Positions 34,911 through 42,202 of a stretch of 57,566 nt of DNA are shown here, one piece after another (within the stretch, counting starts at the first letter, position 1; each line of letters starts with the position of its first letter). This DNA is from an uncultured virus (IMG/VR IMGVR_UViG_3300042197_001533) (lineage: Duplodnaviria; Heunggongvirae; Uroviricota; Caudoviricetes), in the IMG/VR virus record IMGVR_UViG_3300042197_001533; one strand, given 5' to 3'. A program made the translations under genes and the position numbers. The notes below the pieces were generated by a model. The model worked only from the letters and a program-made list of their open reading frames with translations. It was not told the DNA's origin and ran no database searches.

Positions 34911-35022
34911 ATAAAACCATGACGGAATAACACTGCCGTAGTTGGCTACGGATCCAATAGGTAATCGTGCACGGTAACAAACCGTTGAAAACCACGCCTA
35001 CGTTACAGTTACACCGTCAAGA

Positions 35023-35098
35023 TGGTGCGCCCGGCGAGACTCGAACTCGCGACCAAGTGGTTAAAAGCCACCTGCTCTACCAACTGAGCTACAAGCGC
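35023..35098 (-). tRNA. tRNA-Lys(UUU)
   Basis: GGTGG-CTTTTAA-CCACT, CCA. Confidence 0.95.
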
Positions 35099-35325
35099 AT
35101 GAACTAAATGTTGTCGGGAGCAGTCTCATACCCTTCCGTGTATCCCTTGATGTAATGGTTCCGTTCTGCGAGGGACCATTCTTTTGGGAAGGGGAATGTG
35201 CTTTTGGCTTTCAAACCGTGATAACTATCGTTCCAACCGTCTTCAAGACCCGACTGCCACGCTTCAAGGTTTGCTTTCATCTGGGACAACTTTACCTTAA
35301 AACGATAAAAAGTCAACTACTAAAT

Positions 35326-35401
35326 TGGAGCACCGTGTAGGAGTCGAACCTACTTGAAACTCTTTTGCAGAGAGTTGCCTTGCCGTCCAGACCCACGATG
35401 C
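35326..35401 (-). tRNA. tRNA-Cys(GCA)
   Basis: ACTCT-CTGCAAA-AGAGT, U73, CCA. Confidence 0.92.
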
Positions 35402-35407
35402 ATTAAA

Positions 35408-35626
35408 TTACTTCTTTTTCTTCTTCAACCCCTCACCACGATAGTTCCACGCGTCAAGTGCCTTCAAAAAGTTTCGGTCATCTGACTCATAGACACCGGG
35501 GCCAGAAGCACCACAGTTCACACAAATCGCTTGTGTCGGAACGCCTTCACGGTCTTTCGTTCCTCGTTGGAATTCAACTTCTTCTTCGTTGCCACAGAAT
35601 GGGCAAGGTTTAACGTCGAGTTTCAT
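35408..35626 (-). CDS. Lar-family restriction alleviation-like zinc-finger protein
   Basis: KPCPFCG...CVNCGASGP...AWNYR. Confidence 0.75.
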   Translation of the reverse strand: MKLDVKPCPFCGNEEEVEFQRGTKDREGVPTQAICVNCGASGPGVYESDDRNFLKALDAWNYRGEGLKKKKK

Positions 35627-35665
35627 TTGTAGGACAACTCTACCACACTTCTTTTAATTGTCAAG

Positions 35666-35739
35666 TGGCAGTCCCTGATGGAATCGAACCACCATCGTAG
35701 CTTTCAGAGAGCTCCGTAATACCACTATACCAAGGGACT
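35666..35739 (-). tRNA. tRNA-Gln(CUG)
   Basis: Loop CTCTGAA, G73, CCA. Confidence 0.88.
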
Positions 35740-35744
35740 ATAAC

Positions 35745-35818
35745 TGGCTGGGACGGAGGGACTTGAACCCCCAATCTTCTCGTTCAAAGCGAGGTGCAAT
35801 ACATTATGCTACATCCCA
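35745..35818 (-). tRNA. tRNA-Gln(UUG)
   Basis: Loop CTTTGAA, TGGGATG acceptor, CCA. Confidence 0.9.
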
Positions 35819-35827
35819 ATAAAGGCC

Positions 35828-35957
35828 GACGGGATTTCACTGGTTTACATCTTGTAGTTTCCACCTTTGCAGCCGGCGGTGGTCGCAACTACTAATGCTT
35901 ATCAACCTATTCTGTTACTCATCCCACTTAGAAGAGGGCCTTTCACATCTATCCGTC
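35828..35957 (-). ncRNA. GAUAGAY..GUGAAAUCC motif RNA, copy 3
   Basis: GACGG-ATAGATGTGAA..hairpins..GTGAAATC-CCGTC. Confidence 0.6.
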
Positions 35958-35963
35958 TAAAGT

Positions 35964-36040
35964 TGGTGGGCCGGATGGGACTCGAACCCATATCGCAACG
36001 CTTAAGAGGCGCGCATCTAATCCAGTTGAACTACCGACCC
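35964..36040 (-). tRNA. tRNA-Lys(CUU)
   Basis: Loop CTCTTAA, CCA. Confidence 0.88.
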
Positions 36041-36142
36041 ATATTCCGTTGTTGGACTTTTACCAACGTCAGTGGCCTCATGGCGGACGGAAAAGAAGAC
36101 CTAACAGATTAAGCATTATTAAGAGGCTTGTTAGGTATGATA

Positions 36143-36217
36143 TGGTGCATCCACCCGGACTCGAACCGAGATCGCAAGGTTTAAAAGACCCGCATCTTCC
36201 ATTTGAATTATGGATGC
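36143..36217 (-). tRNA. tRNA-Lys(UUU)
   Basis: Loop CTTTTAA, CCA. Confidence 0.88.
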
Positions 36218-36226
36218 ATAACCGAC

Positions 36227-36300
36227 TGAGCTCCTTCCCGGAATCGAACCGAGTTGTCAAGTTTACAAAACTCGTGCATCACCATTTATGCTTAAGGAGC
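36227..36300 (-). tRNA. tRNA-Thr(UGU)
   Basis: CGAGT-TTTGTAA-ACTTG. Confidence 0.9.
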
Positions 36301-36309
36301 GAACTGAAA

Positions 36310-36384
36310 TGGGGTGATATACGGGAATTGAACCCGCGCTGACTTCTTCACAGGAAGTGATGCTACCATTACAACAATATCACC
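36310..36384 (-). tRNA. tRNA-His(GUG)
   Basis: ACTTC-CTGTGAA-GAAGT, G-1:C73, CCA. Confidence 0.92.
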
Positions 36385-36404
36385 ATTCTACTAAAATCGG
36401 CATC

Positions 36405-36489
36405 GAGATTAAGGATTTCACATTATTCCAACCAGTTGACCCCAGCGGGGTTCTTGGTTACTGATCAAGTTTTACGTCTATCTTCTCTC
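36405..36489 (-). ncRNA. GAUAGAY..GUGAAAUCC motif RNA, copy 4
   Basis: GAGAGAAG-ATAGACGTAAA..hairpins..GTGAAATC-CTTAATCTC. Confidence 0.55.
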
Positions 36490-36494
36490 CGCAC

Positions 36495-36570
36495 TGGTGC
36501 CTTTACATGGACTCGAACCAAGAATTTCACTTTCGTAGAGTGACGTGATTTCCAATTTCACTATATAGGC
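36495..36570 (-). tRNA. tRNA-Arg(ACG)
   Basis: TCACT-CTACGAA-AGTGA, CCA. Confidence 0.9.
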
Positions 36571-36579
36571 AAACTAAAC

Positions 36580-36654
36580 TGGCTCCCAAGGAAGGACTAT
36601 GCACCCTCTCGTCACGGTTAACAGCCGCGCATGCTACTTTAACATTACTCGGGA
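36580..36654 (-). tRNA. tRNA-Asn(GUU), atypical T-loop
   Basis: CGCGG-CTGTTAA-CCGTG; T-loop TGCATAGT; CCA. Confidence 0.8.
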
Positions 36655-36674
36655 ATAAAAACTAAATCACACTC

Positions 36675-36758
36675 TGGCTCGGGCGGCACGACTTGAACGT
36701 GCAGTTGCTTTCGCGGCGCATTAACAGTGCGCTGGGTTTACCATTCTCCTACACCCGA
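36675..36758 (-). tRNA. tRNA-Asn(GUU) with extended variable arm
   Basis: GCGCA-CTGTTAA-TGCGC; V-arm GC-GAAA-GC; G73, CCA. Confidence 0.85.
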
Positions 36759-36770
36759 ATTAAACCAACA

Positions 36771-36842
36771 GGTCCTCACGGCAGGATTTGAACCCGCAAG
36801 ACGCGCTAATCAGGCACGTATGTTACATTACATCACATGAGG
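36771..36842 (-). tRNA. tRNA(GAU), nominal Ile, with U37
   Basis: CGTGC-CTGATTA-GCGCG; 5' end overlaps the stop of the HNH gene. Confidence 0.7.
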
Positions 36843-37403
36843 ATTTTTATGGTAAATCTTTTTTACTAACTCGAAAAATCTTTCTTGGGATAAATCCCAC
36901 TTCATAGTATTGACATTTTTAGTCACCCATTGAACATTGTTTTCTGTATATCCAAAGGAACTGTCTATTCTATCTAAAGAAGTGGTTCGGTCGTTAACCC
37001 CCTTAGTTCCTGACCCGAAGGTTATATCCTCACCCGATAAAGCACATTTTTTGTTTTGTTTAAGAAACAGTTCCCATAGAAACTCGATTGTCACATCGAA
37101 TGTCAATCCCCTCTTTACTGAGTCGGATTTTATTTTGTTAAAATAGGATAAACTAATATCTTCATATCCTTTCCAACGACGGTTTCTCTTTCCTCTTTGT
37201 CGATTATTACAACCACAGCTTGTTCGAGAACCATCTTTCAAATAACGAGATTCAGCTGTCGTTGAATTTCCACATTCACATTGACATTTCCATAAAGCAT
37301 GACGACTTTTTGTTAAGTCATAAAACTCTATAACTGTCAATTTTCCAAACTTTTGGTTTTTAATGTCTATCATATTATTCCAATAAGTAGTAATGATAGA
37401 CAC
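36828..37403 (-). CDS. HNH-type homing endonuclease inserted in the tRNA array
   Basis: N-terminal KFGKLTV..WKCQCECGN..SCGC module, C-terminal CALSG..SLDRIDSSFGY..NVQWV..VNTMK; visibly AT-richer than its flanks. Confidence 0.85.
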   Translation of the reverse strand: MSIITTYWNNMIDIKNQKFGKLTVIEFYDLTKSRHALWKCQCECGNSTTAESRYLKDGSRTSCGCNNRQRGKRNRRWKGYEDISLSYFNKIKSDSVKRGLTFDVTIEFLWELFLKQNKKCALSGEDITFGSGTKGVNDRTTSLDRIDSSFGYTENNVQWVTKNVNTMKWDLSQERFFELVKKIYHKNPHVM

Positions 37404-37422
37404 TAAACGATTACTTATTTAT

Positions 37423-37497
37423 GCGGGATATACGGGACTTGAACCCGTTCTTGCGCCGTGACAGGACGCTGTTGCTAAACCCTTACACTAATATCCC
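37423..37497 (-). tRNA. tRNA-Asp(GUC)
   Basis: GCGTC-CTGTCAC-GGCGC. Confidence 0.9.
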
Positions 37498-37506
37498 ATA
37501 AACTAA

Positions 37507-37580
37507 GGTCCCGATGGTCAGACTTGAACTGACAACGCGTCGCTCTTCAGGCGACCGCTCTACATTGGAGCTACATCGGG
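37507..37580 (-). tRNA. tRNA-Phe(GAA)
   Basis: GTCGC-CTGAAGA-GCGAC. Confidence 0.9.
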
Positions 37581-37701
37581 TTAAGATTTTTGACCTTTCG
37601 TTGGTAGCAAGAATTTCTCAACTCTTACCGGCGACTCCGTTCACTGGACCGCCTCTACGGTCTGACATTTTTTTATGGGAAACAGACTAAAAACCCAAAG
37701 C

Positions 37702-37734
37702 AAAAAACCGTCAACTACTTTCGGAGGTTGACGG
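37702..37734 (-). terminator. Attenuator-type intrinsic terminator upstream of the tRNA array
   Basis: CCGTCAAC-CTCCGAAAGTA-GTTGACGG-TTTTTT on the - strand. Confidence 0.85.
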
Positions 37735-37775
37735 CGACATTCGGAACTTTACACGAAATATCAGCCGTTGCCTCC
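37723..37775 (-). promoter_or_regulatory. Antiterminator hairpin overlapping the leader-peptide end and the terminator 5' arm
   Basis: GGAGG-CA-ACGGC-T-GATATT (37775-37757) pairs with AATGTC-GCCGT-CAA-CCTCC (37741-37723). Confidence 0.8.
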
Positions 37776-37817
37776 TTGGCAATCGCGCTTAATAAAATTG
37801 TGTTTGGTTGTCATCAT
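37761..37817 (-). CDS. 18-aa leader peptide MMTTKHNFIKRDCQGGNG
   Basis: Translated by hand (below the ORF-track cutoff); ATG 10 nt downstream of TATACT, like the other leaderless genes. Confidence 0.8.
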   Translation of the reverse strand: MMTTKHNFIKRDCQGGNG

Positions 37818-37827
37818 TACGTCAATA

Positions 37828-37855
37828 AGTATAGACCGAGTTTTCTAAAAGTCAA
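37828..37855 (-). promoter_or_regulatory. Promoter of the leader/tRNA array
   Basis: TTGACT-N16-TATACT. Confidence 0.9.
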
Positions 37856-37878
37856 ATTTTTTCTTCTTTTTTCTTTTC

Positions 37879-37960
37879 TGTAGCAGGCGTGGAAGTCGAA
37901 TCCACCATAGCTTTCGCAGAGGTTATGAGCCTCTCTAGCATCCCACGGCTTGTGCCTGCA
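37879..37960 (-). tRNA. tRNA(CAU), initiator-like 1:72 mismatch, extended variable arm
   Basis: AGAGG-CTCATAA-CCTCT; V-arm GC-GAAA-GC. Confidence 0.75.
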
Positions 37961-38047
37961 ATTGTTTAGGTGTGTTACAAGTATCTGTATCAGGAACTTT
38001 TACGGGTATTATTCCGACCTGTTAGTTTCATGCTTACATGCACCAAA

Positions 38048-38124
38048 TGGTATCGCCGATGGGAGTCGAACCCACATCATCCTGATTGAAAATCAAGTAT
38101 CCTAATCCATTAGACGACAGCGAC
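38048..38124 (-). tRNA. tRNA-Glu(UUC)
   Basis: CTTGA-TTTTCAA-TCAGG, CCA. Confidence 0.9.
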
Positions 38125-38192
38125 ATTAAACTTACAAAGAACAACCAACTTCATCTACTCTACACTACTTTCTAAATCCGTCAACTACTTTC

Positions 38193-38299
38193 GGGACGAA
38201 TGGGCGGGACTCGAACCCGCCGGCCTGTCTGTTTATCCCATTTTTACGGCATCTTTTACCATCATAGGGCAGACCGATCTACCACTGAACTACATCCGT
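38193..38299 (-). ncRNA. tRNA-like RNA with ~38-nt nested-stem insert replacing the anticodon loop
   Basis: ACGGATG/CATTCGT, D-arm, GTCTG..CAGAC enclosing CCCTAT/ATGGG and ATGGTA/TGCCGT, GCGGG-TTCGAGT-CCCGC. Confidence 0.75.
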
Positions 38300-38300
38300 T

Positions 38301-38374
38301 TGGAGCGAGATATGGGAATCGAACCCATGCGCCAAGTTTGGAAAACTCGAAGGCTACCATTACATCAATCTCGC
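38301..38374 (-). tRNA. tRNA-Gly(UCC)
   Basis: CGAGT-TTTCCAA-ACTTG, U73, CCA. Confidence 0.92.
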
Positions 38375-38377
38375 ATT

Positions 38378-38470
38378 TGGTGCTGTCGGCAGGAGTCGAA
38401 CCTGCAGCGTTTGATATTATCTCAATCGGGATAGAAGCCCGAGCCGATCATCCATTCCGGTCACGACAGC
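38378..38470 (-). tRNA. tRNA(UCU), nominal Arg, on a class II (Leu-like) body
   Basis: TCGGG-CTTCTAT-CCCGA; V-arm TTGA..TCAA; A73, CCA. Confidence 0.78.
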
Positions 38471-39038
38471 AATTTAAAGAACAACACCAATATATAGTAG
38501 GAAATTCAGAAAGTCAACCACTTTTTTAACCACCACATTGAAATTCTATGACTGCGTGAACACTTCCATCCTTTATCGAAAACGTCGCGTCGTCAACCTT
38601 TGCGACAATATCCGTGGGTTTATAATCCATCAACCACGAATCACAAACGCTTTCGTCAAACTCTACATACGGAGGAAAAATTAATGCATCAATTCCAGCG
38701 GTCGTTGTGGCAGCCAACTTCCGCATATCCATGTAATCGTAAGACCGTTGGATTGCGTCACTCATTTCACTGAATGAAAATGCCGGTAGCGATTAACACC
38801 ACCGGCATCTTCACGATTTTTATCCGTTAATTGTAGAGCAGCCCGTAAAGAGCTCCCTTGCCAGAACCGACTCGGCGGCCGTTGGCGTCGGTCACATAGT
38901 CACCTGACTTGTAGTAATACCCACAGTTGCCGCTGCCCATCTTTCGTGCTTGAGCATTCCCATTGGATTCAGTGTGAATGAATCCAACAATCTGATTACG
39001 CCCGTCTCTTACCGTTTCTTCGTTCATGGTTTGTTTTG

Positions 39039-39353
39039 TTAGTCGCGGACGTTACGCAACTCAGCAGGAGTATATTCGACCTGCTTGATGACCTTGTAGG
39101 TTCCCGTAGGAATCTCAATGGTTGAATGCTCTTGGTGAGTCAAGTCAGCGGAAGGGCCGGTGACTTCGACATACTCCACGAGCGCATCCACATCGGAAGC
39201 GTAGCCGGTGGCTCCAGCATGAATCGTGTGGTGGTGGCCGGTGACTTCACCGAGGGCCAACGTGACACGCTTGGTCTGCTTGAGTCCGGTTGGGATTGAG
39301 GTTACAGGGACGACGAGAACATCGCCTTGACGATAGATTTTGTTTGATTTCAT
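39039..39353 (-). CDS. Conserved phage protein (RQGDV / GEVTGHHH / HQEH family)
   Basis: Motifs YRQGDVL, LGEVTGHHH, HQEH, QVEYTP. Confidence 0.7.
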   Translation of the reverse strand: MKSNKIYRQGDVLVVPVTSIPTGLKQTKRVTLALGEVTGHHHTIHAGATGYASDVDALVEYVEVTGPSADLTHQEHSTIEIPTGTYKVIKQVEYTPAELRNVRD

Positions 39354-39403
39354 AATGTGTTTGGTTCTACTGTTAAATATACTACCGCAGATGATTCCAT
39401 CTG

Positions 39404-39784
39404 TCAACCGTTAAATTTACGATTGCAGACCGTTAGGTGTAGGCCCCAATAGTTAGGACCGTCGTCCACGCCGAGGAGCTTTTTGATGGCGTCACCATAC
39501 TCACACTCGACCGGAATCCAATAGTTAACCCGGCTCTCGTAAGTCTTCTCAGGGTAACAGGTGAACTCCACGGTCCGACCATGATACTTCCGAGCATCCT
39601 CCCACTTTACTTTATGGAGCTTAGGGTTGACTAAAGTAACGTGACAACCGTGAGCAGGGAGTTGGAGCTTCTCCGTCCGGTAGTTGTGGAAGTCAATCAA
39701 CCGATGGTAGTAACGAATCAGGTCGAGGTCGCCGATGATTCGGATACCGTCCTGAACTTGAATTTTACCAATGGTCTTGAACAC
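39404..39784 (-). CDS. Putative 2H phosphoesterase
   Basis: Two HxT motifs (CHVTLV, LHLTV) about 70 aa apart. Confidence 0.65.
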   Translation of the reverse strand: MFKTIGKIQVQDGIRIIGDLDLIRYYHRLIDFHNYRTEKLQLPAHGCHVTLVNPKLHKVKWEDARKYHGRTVEFTCYPEKTYESRVNYWIPVECEYGDAIKKLLGVDDGPNYWGLHLTVCNRKFNG

Positions 39785-40822
39785 GGACTTAATTTACCAC
39801 CATTTTATAGAAAGTCAACCCGCAACACAGTCTTCGAGTGCATCTCTCGTAAAATCATCCACTACCAGCGAAAGTTGGTCGGTTGCTGGATTAAATTCAT
39901 GTCGGATTTCGAGGTGAATTCGTTGGGTGGTGTCTGTGTCAGCATCCCAAGCAGGATTCTCTGTCTCACTACCTACAGTTTCCCACTTGAAAAGACCTTC
40001 CATATAGTTGTTTATTAAGGCCAGGGATAGGCCAGGAACCGCTTAGACGGTCAGTTTGACCTTGGACAGTAGGGGATGGTAGGAGATTTCCTTCTTGCAG
40101 TAGGATGTTTCGCTGTCCCGTTCCACCAAATACGTCTTGTCACCGTATGCAACCACCAGATAGTCAACGTCTTTCGGACCATCGTGGAAGAGGAGTTTGA
40201 TGATGGTTTCCTTGATCTTTGAGGTATCCTCAAGGTCAATGACGGCTGCCTTTGACGCAGGGCAGAAGTCTCCTTTAACGGTATCGAAGTAACCGGTCTG
40301 GCGGATGGGGAGGATTTTAGCAACGATGGTCATAATTCTACACTTGGTCTAACGGCACACGGTGTTCAGGTTTTCGTTTGTCGATAATCTCGTTCGGGTC
40401 CAATGAAATTTCCATCCGATTTGAATGCCAGTCAGCAACCCCAAGCGGGTCGTAGATTTCACTGATATGAAAGGATATATCGTCAAATTGTCTCCGCATT
40501 TTAGAGGTGATTGGACCACCGCGTTCTGTGGCTCGCCGAGTATTCCCTCGGACGGCTCTCATTACGTTAGGCTTCTTCATTGAGGAATTATCTTACCACT
40601 GTTTTATAGAAAGTCAACGACTAAATGTCCGACGTTGAATCCCGTGCTGCATCTTCAATTACATTCCACGATCCCACCGCTTGAGCTGCCCTCGCGAACC
40701 CCGGTACGGATTCCGTTCCAACCCATACTTCAGTCCGCGTTTCACTCGATATTGAATGCTGGGCTATATCCACCCTCACATTCGTCGCAGCGGTCCACAT
40801 TGCATTCTCCGTTGAAGTCATG

Positions 40823-42202
40823 TTAGGCGAAGAGTCGGATACCACTGAGCAAGTCATTGTCGTTCAGAGTGGAGAGGTTGTCAAGCCGTCCCTGCACCCT
40901 CTCGGCAGCCCTCTCCTCAATGGTGTCAGCACTGAACACAATCTTCTGTAGGCAACGGGTCAATCCACCCTGACGGGCGATACGTCCGAGACATTGAAGG
41001 AGGTTGACTGCGCTGAAGGATGGAACCACCAACGAATTTCGAGGAAACTTTCCGTTCAGGTCGTGAAGGTTGACCCCCGAGCTTCCGGCTGCGAGGTTGA
41101 CCAACATGATACGCTTCGTATCCGCGTTGAATTCGTTGATGTCCTTCTCACGAGCCTTATCAGTTTGACCACCGACAATCTTGGCGATAGTCTTGTCCAA
41201 CCGCTTGTCAGCCTTCAACCGATTCTCCAAAGCCTGAATGCTGTCGGTGAAGTTGAGGAACACCACGGGGGAGATACCCTCGTCGTAGAGGTCTGTGACC
41301 GTATCCACGAAGGAAGGAATCTTCAACAGTTCGGCCCGGCGACGAGCCTCCATGATGATGGCGAAGACGTGGGCCTTGTAGTTAGCAGCACGCCCGTCCA
41401 ATCGGTCAAGCTCATACTGCATCACTTCATAGACACGATTAATCTTGGCCGTATTCTGGCCCATGTCGAAAGTCTCGGCGGTGATATGGTTCTCAGGGAA
41501 GATACCATCGAACATATCCACAGTCATGCGACTCGTGGATTTCTGTAGATTGAAGAGAGCGTTGTGAACTTGTTGCATCCCTTGTTTCGCCTTCGGAGAA
41601 GACATATCAATAGTCATACCACCGAATTGATTTAATTCAGCTCCACCCTCTTTGCAGAACTTGCTGAAGTTGTAACCAAGGTGAAGGTTGGTGGCGAAAC
41701 CGAGGGCCTTCAACTCAAGGGGATTGGTCGCCGCCGTGGCGCTCATCATCAAGAGTTTGTAACCATGATTCTTACAGGCCACGAGGAAGTCGCTGTTGAG
41801 GCTGGTGTATCCCTTACACTTGTGAACCTCGTCGGTGATGACCAAGCTCGTCTTGGGGAAGTGAAGGTGAACGCCGACGGATTCCCACTTCTTCTTATTG
41901 CGGTGAGCCTTCTTGTCGTAGGTCAACCACTTGGTATTTCCACGGCAGAGCTTCTCGTAGTTAATCACGAGAGGTTGGTTGATTCCAAACGAAGCGAGAA
42001 CTTTCTTCCACGCGGGGATGACCACCTTCGGGCAGACCACCACGACGGGGACGTTCAACTCCTTGGCCACCGCACAGGCCACGTAAGTCTTGCCGGTGCC
42101 AGTGTCGGAGAGGTCGGCAGCGTAACCATTCAAATAGATGGAATCCAACAGCGTTCTGGCATGGTCACGTTGGGGTTCGAGCAATTGAGCAGAGTTAGTC
42201 AT
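40823..42202 (-). CDS. SF2 (SNF2-like) helicase
   Basis: DTGTGKT, DEVH, MSAT, GVNLHD, QCLGRIAR. Confidence 0.9.
   Translation of the reverse strand: MTNSAQLLEPQRDHARTLLDSIYLNGYAADLSDTGTGKTYVACAVAKELNVPVVVVCPKVVIPAWKKVLASFGINQPLVINYEKLCRGNTKWLTYDKKAHRNKKKWESVGVHLHFPKTSLVITDEVHKCKGYTSLNSDFLVACKNHGYKLLMMSATAATNPLELKALGFATNLHLGYNFSKFCKEGGAELNQFGGMTIDMSSPKAKQGMQQVHNALFNLQKSTSRMTVDMFDGIFPENHITAETFDMGQNTAKINRVYEVMQYELDRLDGRAANYKAHVFAIIMEARRRAELLKIPSFVDTVTDLYDEGISPVVFLNFTDSIQALENRLKADKRLDKTIAKIVGGQTDKAREKDINEFNADTKRIMLVNLAAGSSGVNLHDLNGKFPRNSLVVPSFSAVNLLQCLGRIARQGGLTRCLQKIVFSADTIEERAAERVQGRLDNLSTLNDNDLLSGIRLFA

Noticed and set aside
37620..37714. Second promoter overlapping the attenuator terminator (TTGACG..TAGTCT) and short ORF MSDRRGGPVNGVAGKS
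   Set aside because: The spacer is 19 nt versus 16-17 elsewhere and the ORF has no supporting structure; kept only as a caveat to the attenuator model.
32534..38529. Track ORFs over tRNA genes (e.g. 32560-32907, 32628-32999, 36049-36342, 38200-38529)
   Set aside because: They are antisense shadows of tRNA genes.
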